A model generated the notes under the pieces. The model made no database searches and was not told where the DNA came from. It saw only the letters and a list, made by a program, of their open reading frames with translations. Shown here in pieces: positions 10,788-20,991 of a stretch of 42,470 nucleotides of DNA. The first letter of the stretch is position 1; each line of letters starts with the position of its first letter. A program made the translations under genes and the position numbers. The stretch comes from a virus (lineage: Duplodnaviria > Heunggongvirae > Uroviricota > Caudoviricetes): IMG/VR virus record IMGVR_UViG_2690316243_000004; one strand, written 5' to 3'.

Positions 10788-11971
10788 CAGGCACCTCCCA
10801 GCACCGCAAATGCGGGACCAAAGAATTCATCAGTAAACGACTGGTAAAGCTCCATGTCTTCCAGCGGGGGAACAGGCGTATATTTGTAGCGAATACGCAC
10901 GCGCCCCTGACGTAAATTCGTGGTGCCGTTATCCACCACGTCATACCAGCACGACGCCCCAATCAGTTTCCCGGCAGTAACCAGTGAATCCAGTTTTGCC
11001 CTGATGGCACCGATAACATCCTTCACGTTCGCAGGCGTCAGTGGACTGTCGATGGTTTCAAACTGCGCTTCCGCAATTGAATCAGCCAGCACCTGTGCGG
11101 TTCGGGTATACACCTCAAAGATGTAGGCGTTCGTTTCCGGTGTGCGGTTGCCCCAGAAGCGGAACCCGTTGCGACGAATAATGGTCGTGATTTCTTTGTT
11201 GTTGAGGCTGTTGGCATCACTGTCTTCGGCCTGCAACGACCAGAACACATGCCTGGACATCCCCAGCACATTTTTAACCGGAACGTTGGACAGCGATTTG
11301 TGCCAGCCCTGCTCATGGTCAATGTACGCACGAAGGCCGCACGCATAGGCAGGCGCGGGGAACGTTTCGTTTTTGCCACTTTTCGGGTTGTAGGCGATGA
11401 AGTCCGGCCATAAGAGCATCACCTCACGTTCGTTGAATTTCTGGCGGTAGGTAATTGCCTCAGCCATCGTGTTACAGTCATGACATGAGGCATACACAAA
11501 CGCGCGCAGTTTACCCGCAATCACGCACAGGGATTTTGTCACCGCCTCCGTGTCCAGCTCCGGCGCGGCCAGAATACGCGGACGGTATCCGATGCTTTCA
11601 TCCTGCTCTGCAACAAGCAGCGCATACATCCCCGTATAGCTGCCGTCAGATTCAGAACCACCGATAACCAGTTGATCCTGCGTTTTTCCGTCTTCTTCTT
11701 TGTGTTCAGCCACGCGAACGACGATCACCTTTGTGCTCACCTGGTCTGCGATGGCCTTAAGCGCACGATAAAGCGTCCCCGTTGTTCCGCATTTTCCCAG
11801 CACGTCATTGACGCGGGGCAGCAGTGTGGGCTTGTTCAGCGAGAACAGCTCCGCGTCCGCATCATCCGCCGTTGCCACGATACCGATAACGCTGGAATCA
11901 ACATCGTTAATCGCTGTTACCAGGTCGGTATTTTCCGTAACACGGGCACCATGAAAACGAGTTTCACTCAT
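10787..11971 (-). CDS. Contractile tail sheath protein (FI-like)
   Basis: 394 aa; size and position match P2 FI. Confidence 0.85.
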   Translation of the reverse strand: MSETRFHGARVTENTDLVTAINDVDSSVIGIVATADDADAELFSLNKPTLLPRVNDVLGKCGTTGTLYRALKAIADQVSTKVIVVRVAEHKEEDGKTQDQLVIGGSESDGSYTGMYALLVAEQDESIGYRPRILAAPELDTEAVTKSLCVIAGKLRAFVYASCHDCNTMAEAITYRQKFNEREVMLLWPDFIAYNPKSGKNETFPAPAYACGLRAYIDHEQGWHKSLSNVPVKNVLGMSRHVFWSLQAEDSDANSLNNKEITTIIRRNGFRFWGNRTPETNAYIFEVYTRTAQVLADSIAEAQFETIDSPLTPANVKDVIGAIRAKLDSLVTAGKLIGASCWYDVVDNGTTNLRQGRVRIRYKYTPVPPLEDMELYQSFTDEFFGPAFAVLGGA

Positions 11972-12128
11972 AGCTTCAACCCCTTGTATCCGTTAAATGA
12001 TTCGGCAACAATCATCACCCACCACGCGCGTAATCTCACCCCTGCGCCATTCTCCCGCCACGGCGACAACAAAAAGCAGTAACCCCCTCCGCACGCACAT
12101 GCGACCATGCCACACAGGGAGGGAGCAG

Positions 12129-13238
12129 ATGACCGACACCACCATGCAATTGCTCAGTCAGGGCACAGACCCCGTGAAAATGCCGGATTTTGATATTCTC
12201 GCGGAGGGTAAAACGCTGTCAGGCGTGGCAGAGCGCCTGATGAGCCTGTCACTGACCGACAACCGGGGATTTGAGGCGGACCAGCTCACCATCACGCTGG
12301 ATGATGCGGATGGTCAGTTGCAGCTACCGCCACGGGGCGCGCGCCTGACGGTTCTCATTGGCTGGAAGGGAGAACCGCTGACAGAAAAAGGCACTTACAT
12401 TGTTGATGAAATCGCTCACGAAGGACCGCCGGACAGGCTGACTGTTTCAGCCAGAAGCGCAGATTTTCGGGCTGAATTTAACGTTAAACGTGAGGTGTCC
12501 TGGCATGATGTGACCGTTGAGCGTGTGGTATCCGCCATCGCTCATCGGTATGGTCTGAAACCGCAAATCAGCGAAATGCTGATGGATATCGAAATCGACC
12601 ACGCCGACCAGACCGAAGAAAGCGACATGTCCTTCCTTACGCGCATGGCGGAAATGCTGGGCGCAATCACCACGGTAAAAAGCGGTAATCTGTTATTCAT
12701 CATGCCCGGTGGTGGCGTGAACGCACAGGGCCAGCCGTTGCCCTCGTTCGCCATCACACGCAGCAGCGGCGATCGCCATCAGTTCCGCATTGCTGACCGC
12801 GAAGCGTATACGGGGGTACGCGCTTACTGGCTTGATCTTAATTACGGGAAAAAGAAAAAAGTCAGCGTGAAACGCCGCAAACCGTCAAAACCAAAAAAGG
12901 AGAAAAGCAGCAGCCGGGAAGGCGACTATATGGAAGGTGCGGAAGGCAACGTGTTTGTGTTACGCAAAACTTATCAGAACGAGCAGGCAGCAAGACGTGC
13001 AGCGGCGGCAAAGTGGCAGCAGCTACAACGCGGAGCCGCATCATTCTCCATCACACTGGCGCATGGACGTGCAGAACTCTACCCCGAAATGCATGGCACG
13101 GTAACAGGATTTAAAAGCGAGATTGATAATCAGGACTGGATTATTGCAAAAGCCGAGCACACCATTGATAACAGCGGCTTTACCACGCAGCTTGAGCTTG
13201 AGGCAAAAATCCCGGAATGGATAGCAGAAACAGAGTGA
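12129..13238 (+). CDS. Tail protein D (late control gene D family)
   Basis: The listed ORF starts at 11997, but the ATG at 12129 follows a GGAGGG ribosome-binding site. It is divergent from FI, which is not the P2 order. Confidence 0.75.
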   Translation: MTDTTMQLLSQGTDPVKMPDFDILAEGKTLSGVAERLMSLSLTDNRGFEADQLTITLDDADGQLQLPPRGARLTVLIGWKGEPLTEKGTYIVDEIAHEGPPDRLTVSARSADFRAEFNVKREVSWHDVTVERVVSAIAHRYGLKPQISEMLMDIEIDHADQTEESDMSFLTRMAEMLGAITTVKSGNLLFIMPGGGVNAQGQPLPSFAITRSSGDRHQFRIADREAYTGVRAYWLDLNYGKKKKVSVKRRKPSKPKKEKSSSREGDYMEGAEGNVFVLRKTYQNEQAARRAAAAKWQQLQRGAASFSITLAHGRAELYPEMHGTVTGFKSEIDNQDWIIAKAEHTIDNSGFTTQLELEAKIPEWIAETE

Positions 13239-13478
13239 GCAACTTAAATGTATTAACTCAGAACGGATCAACACACTCACAACATAGAGTCAATATAGCT
13301 GCTCGCTTTGTTCCAGCAAGGATGCCTATTTCTAAGGAAAAACAGAGCAGAAACATATGGTGTTTTCCTACCTGACATCAGGGGTGGTAGACTGGCCCCC
13401 TGAATCTCCAGACAACCAGTATCACTTAAATAAGTGATAGTCTTAATACTAGTTTTTAGACTAGTCATTGGAGTACAG

Positions 13479-13844
13479 ATGATTGATGTCTTAGGGCCGG
13501 AGAAACGCAGACGGCGTACCACACAGGAAAAGATCGCAATTGTTCAGCAGAGCTTTGAACCGGGGATGACGGTCTCCCTCGTTGCCCGGCAACATGGTGT
13601 AGCAGCCAGCCAGTTATTTCTCTGGCGTAAGCAATACCAGGAAGGAAGTCTTACTGCTGTCGCCGCCGGAGAACAGGTTGTTCCTGCCTCTGAACTTGCT
13701 GCCGCCATGAAGCAGATTAAAGAACTCCAGCGCCTGCTCGGCAAGAAAACGATGGAAAATGAACTCCTCAAAGAAGCCGTTGAATATGGACGGGCAAAAA
13801 AGTGGATAGCGCACGCGCCCTTATTGCCCGGGGATGGGGAGTAA
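13479..13844 (+). CDS. insC: IS2 transposase OrfA (InsC)
   Basis: [56 protein letters not shown]... helix-turn-helix protein. Confidence 0.85.
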
Positions 13845-14707
13845 GCTTAGTCAGCCGTTGTCTCCGGGTGTCGCGTGCGCAGTTGCACGTCATTCTCAGA
13901 CGAACCGATGACTGGATGGATGGCCGCCGCAGTCGTCACACTGATGATACGGATGTGCTTCTCCGTATACACCATGTTATCGGAGAGCTGCCCACGTATG
14001 GTTATCGTCGGGTATGGGCGCTGCTTCGCAGACAGGCAGAACTTGATGGTATGCCTGCGATCAATGCCAAACGTGTTTACCGGATCATGCGCCAGAATGC
14101 GCTGTTGCTTGAGCGAAAACCTGCTGTACCGCCATCGAAACGGGCACATACAGGCAGAGTGGCCGTGAAAGAAAGCAATCAGCGATGGTGCTCTGACGGG
14201 TTCGAGTTCTGCTGTGATAACGGAGAGAGACTGCGTGTCACGTTCGCGCTGGACTGCTGTGATCGTGAGGCACTGCACTGGGCGGTGACTACCGGCGGCT
14301 TCAACAGTGAAACAGTACAGGACGTCATGCTGGGAGCGGTGGAACGCCGCTTCGGCAACGATCTTCCGTCGTCTCCAGTGGAGTGGCTGACGGATAATGG
14401 TTCATGCTACCGGGCTAATGAAACACGCCAGTTCGCCCGGATGTTGGGACTTGAACCGAAGAACACGGCGGTGCGGAGTCCGGAGAGTAACGGAATAGCA
14501 GAGAGCTTCGTGAAAACGATAAAGCGTGACTACATCAGTATCATGCCCAAACCAGACGGGTTAACGGCAGCAAAGAACCTTGCAGAGGCGTTCGAGCATT
14601 ATAACGAATGGCATCCGCATAGTGCGCTGGGTTATCGCTCGCCACGGGAATATCTGCGGCAGCGGGCTTGTAATGGGTTAAGTGATAACAGATGTCTGGA
14701 AATATAG
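13802..14707 (+). CDS. insD: IS2 transposase OrfB (InsD), DDE catalytic domain
   Basis: 301 aa ORF overlapping insC in the -1 frame, as in IS3-family OrfAB frameshift fusions. Confidence 0.85.
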
Positions 14708-14729
14708 GGGCAAATCCANAGCATCAAGC

Positions 14730-15074
14730 CAAGATAAACGCTATCACATTGTTGAAGGCGCAAGCGTCGTTGAGGTTCCTGATATTACAGCAAATCGCCG
14801 GGCTGATATTTCGGGCAACTGGATGTTCAAAGATGGTGCGGTGATAAAGCGAACTTATACCGAGGAAGAGCAAAGGCAACAAGCGGAAAATGAAAAGCAG
14901 AGCCTGCTGCAGCTCGTCAGGGATAAAACCCAGCTATGGGACTCACAGCTACGGCTGGGCATTATTTCCGACGAGAATAAACAAAAATTAACCGAGTGGA
15001 TGCTCTATGCGCAGAAGGTTGAATCCACAGACACCTCCAGCCTGCCAGTAACGTTTCCCGAACAACCAGAATGA
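14730..15074 (+). pseudogene. Tail fibre assembly chaperone, C-terminal fragment truncated by IS2
   Basis: Begins just past the IS2 right end and encodes only the conserved C-terminal half (...[24 protein letters not shown]...PEQPE). Confidence 0.6.
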
Positions 15075-15102
15075 GAGAAGGCCCGCTATCGGGCCTTAAT
15101 TT

Positions 15103-15666
15103 TTATTCAGGCTTTTGTGGCCATTCAGGATTTGCCGTATCCACACGGCTGACCAGAACACTGTAGCGTTCCCATGCTTCCAGTCGTGTGCGTTCCTCGT
15201 CTGTTGCCATATTCAGCCTGACAGCGCGTTCCAGCGGCTGGATGACTGATTCAGCTTCGGAAAGCAATGCGGCCTTTTGTGATTCGGCCTGTTGTTGCAG
15301 TTCCTGTTCTGTATATTCCCTCTTTACTACTTTACCATCCAGAAACATCCATTTTCCGTTATTGTCTGCGTGACGATTTGCCGTAATATCAGGAACTTCA
15401 ACTATGCTTAGCCCTTCAGGATTAATAGTTGAAACGTCTTTACTGACAGCAACGATGATGTTGTTCTCATCGTAAGCAATTTTTATGGTGTCTGGCTGAA
15501 AATTCTTTTGTTCCTCATACCAGTTTTTGCCATCTTCGCAAAAGAGCCATACCACGCCCGCTTTTTTAGTTAGCTGGTATTGTTCCGGTGTTTTCGGATT
15601 CCCGGCCTTAATATTTTTCAGGTGCATCATCTTAAACACTCCCCACGTTGTACCATATTCCCCCAA
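15103..15666 (-). CDS. Tail fibre assembly chaperone (gpG-like), cognate to H
   Basis: 187 aa, immediately downstream of H on the same strand; identical to 1483-2046. Confidence 0.85.
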   Translation of the reverse strand: MGEYGTTWGVFKMMHLKNIKAGNPKTPEQYQLTKKAGVVWLFCEDGKNWYEEQKNFQPDTIKIAYDENNIIVAVSKDVSTINPEGLSIVEVPDITANRHADNNGKWMFLDGKVVKREYTEQELQQQAESQKAALLSEAESVIQPLERAVRLNMATDEERTRLEAWERYSVLVSRVDTANPEWPQKPE

Positions 15667-17545
15667 TCAATTTCTGAATTGGCCTTCTGGCAACAGTGTC
15701 GACAATATCATCCGCATTGCTGTTAATTGCGGCTGTTAAAACATAACCTGACGCATCGCCAAAGCCGTAGTCGCGCCATACGTTTTTATATTCAATGCTG
15801 CCAAGACGAATATCCCGAACGACATGATTATGCAGCCATGTGCTTAACCAGTTGTTTTCCCACACTGAACCATAAATATCGCCACTAGACGCAACTTGCG
15901 CACCACTTCCCAGCGCAAATCCCCCATCTGTTTTAAAAATGAAATCACCACCACCATCTGAACCGTTATTAATATGAACACCATCACCACCGTTATCTTT
16001 CCACAAAAACATACGAATTCTTCCGTCTTCGTTGGCGAATGTAATGTGGTGGCGGTAATTACTTTTTAATCTAAAATTGCTGCCATTAGATTCAATATCT
16101 TTATAAAGATGTAATCCTAACTCATCAATATGTCCGATGCGCGAACCATTTGAATAGAAGCTAATAATACCATCTCCATCTTGCCTAAATCCGGTGTCGT
16201 TATCTCCCAGAACAATGGAGTTTTCACCCAGTGCGTTATCAGTAGCTCCAATAGCTAGACCTCCTTTAATTTTGGCCCCGTGGCTGACAGATATAGCACC
16301 TGTTCTCAGATTTATAGCGAATGGCCTTAATGGGCCGATATTACCGTTTTCGCCTTGTCCTTCAGCCGTCGGAATGAAATGAAGAAAATCTTCTGAACGA
16401 CGGAAAATTAGACCGAAGGTATCATTGAAAATTCGCAGCGCATTCACCGTGCCAATTTTCAGTTCTCCGGTCATTTTATCGCCGGAACGCTGAACGGCGT
16501 TACCAGCCTTGTTTACCGTTTCCTGTAAACCGAGGTATTCGATAACGGCAGCAACGGTCGATTTCGCAAGAATATCCCGCCCGACTTTTGTCAGGGTTGC
16601 CAGGCTGGCGACATCATTCCCCGTAAAATACGGAAACCTGTCTGCCGCAGTAGCAAGCCCCGCCAGCGCCGTCAGAGTGGCATCTTTCGGTTGCTTACCC
16701 GCAAGCGCGTTAGTCATGGTGGTCGCAAAATTCGGGTCGTTGCCCAGCGCCGCCGCCAGCTCGTTCAGTGTGTTCAGTGCATCAGGCGAAGAGTCTACAA
16801 GTGCGGCAATCGCAGCCATAACGAAAGCCGTGCTTGCGATTTGGGTATTATTCGTTCCCTGTCGCGCAGTTGGTGTTGTTGGCGTTCCGGTCAGTGCCGG
16901 GCTGTTTAATGGGGCTTTCTTGTTCGTTTCATCCATTACTGCCTTAACGGCTTTTGGTGTCGCTGCCAGCGTTTCAGACGTGCTGTTGGTGGCGTTGCTG
17001 AGCTGGACAAGGCCTTTTGCGGTCAGCGAGGCGTCCGGGTGACGTCGTGACTGTTCATGCTCTTTCAGTTTGTCATCCACGTAATTCACTGTGGCCATCA
17101 CCATGGTGTTATCCACGGTAAGCGCCACAGTGGCAGTGCTGGATACGGTCAGAATGGTGCGAAATGTTTGTGCACGTCCGGATCCTTCGGCAACGGTTGG
17201 CTTGTAACTTTCGGCAGTATTGCCTACCGCGATCAAATCGCCGTGCTCATCAAACACACCAATTTCCCGGATCCAGAATCCGCCCGTTTCAGGAGGAATA
17301 ACCAGCTCCGCAATAATGTGGTTCTGATGTGTTGCGTCCAGGGTGACGCGATTAACGGTATGTCGCCACACCTCATGCACAAGACGGGTCTGCTTACTGT
17401 CTGGCGTGGGTAAAGTACCGCCGCCGTCACCCACGGCCATATGTGTCAGGCGGACAGGTTTCCCATCTGGCGCGGTTGCCTGCGCTAATTTTTTTGCACC
17501 CGTATCGGTGATAATGGTTTTAAATTTTCGTGTTGTGGTACTCAT
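15632..17545 (-). CDS. Tail fibre protein (gpH-like), constant N-terminal part fused to a variable C-terminal part
   Basis: 637 aa; a gix-like site sits in the coding sequence at the constant/variable boundary ([21 protein letters not shown]); ends [18 protein letters not shown]. Confidence 0.85.
   Translation of the reverse strand: MSTTTRKFKTIITDTGAKKLAQATAPDGKPVRLTHMAVGDGGGTLPTPDSKQTRLVHEVWRHTVNRVTLDATHQNHIIAELVIPPETGGFWIREIGVFDEHGDLIAVGNTAESYKPTVAEGSGRAQTFRTILTVSSTATVALTVDNTMVMATVNYVDDKLKEHEQSRRHPDASLTAKGLVQLSNATNSTSETLAATPKAVKAVMDETNKKAPLNSPALTGTPTTPTARQGTNNTQIASTAFVMAAIAALVDSSPDALNTLNELAAALGNDPNFATTMTNALAGKQPKDATLTALAGLATAADRFPYFTGNDVASLATLTKVGRDILAKSTVAAVIEYLGLQETVNKAGNAVQRSGDKMTGELKIGTVNALRIFNDTFGLIFRRSEDFLHFIPTAEGQGENGNIGPLRPFAINLRTGAISVSHGAKIKGGLAIGATDNALGENSIVLGDNDTGFRQDGDGIISFYSNGSRIGHIDELGLHLYKDIESNGSNFRLKSNYRHHITFANEDGRIRMFLWKDNGGDGVHINNGSDGGGDFIFKTDGGFALGSGAQVASSGDIYGSVWENNWLSTWLHNHVVRDIRLGSIEYKNVWRDYGFGDASGYVLTAAINSNADDIVDTVARRPIQKLIGGIWYNVGSV
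16520..16545. promoter_or_regulatory. gix-like invertase crossover site embedded in tail fibre gene H
   Basis: ttcctgtaaaccgaggtattcgataa on the plus strand. Together with about 30 bp upstream it matches 4401-4440 and is in the same (direct) orientation as the 4429-4454 site. Confidence 0.55.
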
Positions 17546-17547
17546 GC

Positions 17548-18111
17548 TTAATCGTCCGGATAAATGGTAATGACTTCACCGTCGTAAGTTGCTGCTGCCG
17601 CGAAAATATCTCCCTGAATCTCCTGAATGATATTCAGCCCTGTCATGTGGCGGCTGACCGGGCGGGCATCAGCAATCAACCGCTCCATTTCCAGATACAT
17701 TTCCTCCGTCACGCCACTGTCCAGCGTGCCAACATCAATCTTGAATGTTCCGGGTTCGCCGTTGAACTCCCACCACTCAGACACGCGAATGAGGTATCCC
17801 AGCGGCTCAATGGCCCGTCGCAGGGCGCTGATGGTTCCTTTGTGTCGGTGTATCAGCCATGCATCACGAATCACCTGTCGCTTTGTCTCTTCCGGCCAGT
17901 TGCGATCCCAGCGGTCAACGGAAAACGCCCAGGCGAGATAAGGCAGCAGATGCACCGGGCAGGTGTCCGGCGACCACAGCGTGTTGAGGTCTGCCGGAAT
18001 GTCTGTAATGCGTGTTCCGACGGCTTCGGCACAACGCATGAAATTGCTGGCTGATGGTGGTAACAGTGAATTACTCATTACGCCCACCTTCGCTGATGGT
18101 GAATGACTCAC
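17548..18111 (-). CDS. Baseplate protein gpI-like
   Basis: 187 aa, between J and H in P2 late-gene order. Confidence 0.7.
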   Translation of the reverse strand: MSHSPSAKVGVMSNSLLPPSASNFMRCAEAVGTRITDIPADLNTLWSPDTCPVHLLPYLAWAFSVDRWDRNWPEETKRQVIRDAWLIHRHKGTISALRRAIEPLGYLIRVSEWWEFNGEPGTFKIDVGTLDSGVTEEMYLEMERLIADARPVSRHMTGLNIIQEIQGDIFAAAATYDGEVITIYPDD

Positions 18112-18967
18112 AGCGCGCCGCCTGTATGTCGCTGATGGCCATATTCTGTGTGGGTTCGATTATCTCCACGCGTTGCACACCGTGCACATGCAGTGCGGCA
18201 GCAATGGCGGACAACGCCACGTCCTGACCGATAAGCCCCTGCTCAGCCAGCCACTTCCTGAACGACGATTCAGCCGCAGCCAGAATAGGTTCGGATTCCG
18301 GACCGGGGTAAAAGTACAGTTTTGCATTCAGCCGCCATGTCACGATTCTGGCACTCTGTACGGTCAGGCGGTCGGCCACCGGGCGGGTATCCTCTGCATT
18401 CAGAACGGCGCGAACGGTATTAAGCAACGCCTCCGTTGCTGTGCCGTCGCCCTCAGTGGACAGGATGGAAACCGTCACATTTGCCGGAGACGGACTGATG
18501 GCCCGCGCATCGCGCACCAGACCGCTGGCGCTGCGGGCAAAATACTCGTATGCGCCTGACGGGCCTGCAACACTCAGGCCGTCATACGCCCGCTGCGCCC
18601 GCAGTCTCAGCGAGGTGTCGTTCTCCATCACCACGTCGGTGGTATCCGTTGCCGGAGTGATAACCAGGCGCTTTGTGTTCATATTGCCCGCGAGGTTGTC
18701 CAGGTCTGTTCCGGCGCTGTGGCTCAACATGCAGGCGCGTGCGGCCTCATTGACCCGCTGGCGTAACAGCATTTCACGAAACGACATGGTTTGAGCGATA
18801 ACGTTCAGGGGTTCCGATTCCAGTTCCAGTGCGGCGGAGACGACTTCACGCTGTTCGGCGGGATAAGCTGCAATCATCATGGCCTTTGTGTCAGCCAGAA
18901 TTGCCTCAAAGTCAGGCTCCGCGATGATGGCGGGTTCCGGTAACTGGGAAAGGTCAACGGCAGGCAT
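18071..18967 (-). CDS. Baseplate protein gpJ-like
   Basis: 298 aa, between W and I. Confidence 0.75.
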   Translation of the reverse strand: MPAVDLSQLPEPAIIAEPDFEAILADTKAMMIAAYPAEQREVVSAALELESEPLNVIAQTMSFREMLLRQRVNEAARACMLSHSAGTDLDNLAGNMNTKRLVITPATDTTDVVMENDTSLRLRAQRAYDGLSVAGPSGAYEYFARSASGLVRDARAISPSPANVTVSILSTEGDGTATEALLNTVRAVLNAEDTRPVADRLTVQSARIVTWRLNAKLYFYPGPESEPILAAAESSFRKWLAEQGLIGQDVALSAIAAALHVHGVQRVEIIEPTQNMAISDIQAARCESFTISEGGRNE

Positions 18968-18970
18968 GAT

Positions 18971-19321
18971 TTACTCCCTCAGCGTGATGGTTAATTCAAC
19001 ATTCTGCATGGTCTGCATGACAGTGCCCGACAGCGTCACCCCGGCGTGGCCTCCTGCCTTCCAGACAACGTCGATGGCGTTCAGGGCAATGCGTGGTTCC
19101 CATCGTGTCAGTGCAATCACGGTAGCACTCATGCATTGCAGACGCGTGGTGTTATTCATGGGTTCGTCAATCAAATCAGGCACAAGGCTGCCATATTCCC
19201 GTCGCATAACCCGGCTTGCCAGCGGGGTGGTCAGGATGTCCCTGACTGACTGTTTCAGGTGCGCCATATCGTTCAGGTTTCCCGTCCCGTCCGGGTTCAT
19301 TCCTGTGTAGCGGGTTGTCAC
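18971..19321 (-). CDS. Baseplate protein gpW-like
   Basis: 116 aa, between V and J. Confidence 0.7.
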   Translation of the reverse strand: MTTRYTGMNPDGTGNLNDMAHLKQSVRDILTTPLASRVMRREYGSLVPDLIDEPMNNTTRLQCMSATVIALTRWEPRIALNAIDVVWKAGGHAGVTLSGTVMQTMQNVELTITLRE

Positions 19322-19899
19322 TGCGGGCCTCCTGTCGAATCGCTGCCACCTTTAACGCCACCGTGCTTATGCGTATGCACTGTGATGCCGTTTGAGGTGA
19401 AATCGCCGCCGCTGTGCGTGATATTGCCGCTCATCGTTCCCCCTTTTGTGACGTCAAGCGTCGCTGTTCTCAGAAGGTCTGTGCATTCCACGACAGGCGT
19501 GTTCAGTGTCACGCTGATGGATGCCTGCAAAGTGGCCGTTTTCATGCCGCTTGCGCTCAGTGCGCCTGCGTCCGCGTCGTAGCGGAACACCGCGCCGTCC
19601 GGCGCGCTGACCACGATTTCTTTCAGGCTTTTGCCGGGTGCCGGAATGGCATCACTCCACAGGCTGCCGATTATCATGGCGGTTTCCGGGTTGCCGCCGA
19701 TGCAGGCAATTGCCACCTGTTCGCCTGGTGATGGCGGAAACCACACGTTGAAGTCTCCCGCGCGCGTGGTGTTCCAGCGCAGCCAGCCTGTTTCCAGTTC
19801 GCCGCTGCGAACGCGCACGCACCAGGATTCCTCATCAACTTCAGAGATGATCCCGGTGCGGATGATATTGCTCAGCAGTCGCATGAGTTCTGCGCTCAT
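19318..19899 (-). CDS. Baseplate spike/assembly protein gpV-like
   Basis: 193 aa, upstream of W with overlapping stop/start. Confidence 0.7.
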   Translation of the reverse strand: MSAELMRLLSNIIRTGIISEVDEESWCVRVRSGELETGWLRWNTTRAGDFNVWFPPSPGEQVAIACIGGNPETAMIIGSLWSDAIPAPGKSLKEIVVSAPDGAVFRYDADAGALSASGMKTATLQASISVTLNTPVVECTDLLRTATLDVTKGGTMSGNITHSGGDFTSNGITVHTHKHGGVKGGSDSTGGPQ

Positions 19900-20531
19900 C
19901 GTACAGCCTCCGCAATCCGGCCCAGCACCGTGTTATAAATCAGGCGCTCATCTGCCTGGCTGATACCCAGCAGCTCACGTACCGGGTAATCGGTGAAAAT
20001 GCCCGGCGCAACCTGATCGCGCTCACCGAACTGATGAACGCGTGCAATACGTGCGGCCACGCCGCTGTAACCCACCGTCACACCGGAAGCATCTGCACGG
20101 GCTTTCAGGTAGCGGGCGGTGCGCAGTTTTACGAACATGGAGACGCGCCTGGTGCTGTCCTGGTTGATGCGCCGGGTGCGTATTTCCAGAAAACGGTCGA
20201 TGTCATCCCGGTAAAACGTGCGGATATTGTTTTTATCCTCATCCCACCCGGTGATGGTTCGCCCGTATTTCCCCGTGTCGTGATGCCAGTTTTTCAGCGT
20301 GCGTGCTTCGTTATTCCAGATAAAGCGAATGCGCTCCTGTATCCGGGTTACGCGGCGTCTGCGTGGTGTCCATGCGGTCCCGTCCGGCGCTTTCTGTGAC
20401 CGGATACGCGCCTGCTGGGCGCGGCGTAAATCCTGTGCCAGCTTTCTGGCGATGTTATTAATGGCCTGCTGATTCAGGCTGTCGCGGATAGCCTCAAAGG
20501 TTTCATCCACGCGGGTGAATGCCTTATCCAT
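19896..20531 (-). CDS. Virion morphogenesis / tail completion protein (gpS-like)
   Basis: 211 aa basic protein between R and V. Confidence 0.6.
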   Translation of the reverse strand: MDKAFTRVDETFEAIRDSLNQQAINNIARKLAQDLRRAQQARIRSQKAPDGTAWTPRRRRVTRIQERIRFIWNNEARTLKNWHHDTGKYGRTITGWDEDKNNIRTFYRDDIDRFLEIRTRRINQDSTRRVSMFVKLRTARYLKARADASGVTVGYSGVAARIARVHQFGERDQVAPGIFTDYPVRELLGISQADERLIYNTVLGRIAEAVR

Positions 20532-20991
20532 CGCTTTCCCCCCACGTCACATCCTGGAATACATGCGACCAGTCGCCTTCGGAAGAGGGCAGGCGGGGTT
20601 TTGGCTCCGGCAGGTGTTCTGCCTGCGGTGTGCCCTGACTGCTGCGCGTGATGCGAACGCGTTCCCGCAGGGGGAGCGTAAACAGGAGATCGGCGCTGTC
20701 ATCGTCATTGATAACGGCGGAAAATTTGATGTCCTGATTACGCTCCGGATTGAGCAACAACTGTGGCTGATTTTCGGATAACCACGCCAGCAGCGGCAGC
20801 GTGAGGTCGTCCAGCTCTCCGGCGTAATCCATGACAAACATCACTATCTGATAGCGGTAAACAAACGATGGGGTTTCTCCGGTCGTTTCAATGTTGCCGC
20901 TCTCCACGAAAATGGTGAATTTTTCCGGGTTGGCATGACACCACCGGCATGAACGGGTCATGGCTTCACGCAGGGAATCAGTTTTCAGCAT
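20524..20991 (-). CDS. Tail completion protein gpR-like
   Basis: 155 aa, immediately downstream of the lysis cassette. Confidence 0.65.
   Translation of the reverse strand: MLKTDSLREAMTRSCRWCHANPEKFTIFVESGNIETTGETPSFVYRYQIVMFVMDYAGELDDLTLPLLAWLSENQPQLLLNPERNQDIKFSAVINDDDSADLLFTLPLRERVRITRSSQGTPQAEHLPEPKPRLPSSEGDWSHVFQDVTWGESDG

Larger units (their letters stand above)
13388..14718 (+). mobile_element. Insertion sequence IS2 (IS3 family), complete 1331 bp copy
   Basis: Starts TAGACTGGCCCCCTGAATCTCCAGACAACC and ends GGAAATATAGGGGCAAATCCA; encodes InsC and InsD. Flanking 5 bp differ (ggtgg versus n-agca), so no target-site duplication is seen. Confidence 0.85.

Noticed and set aside
16509-17042. 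177 aa plus-strand ORF inside tail fibre gene H
   Set aside because: Antisense to a clearly coding fibre gene; alanine/serine-rich translation typical of a spurious frame.
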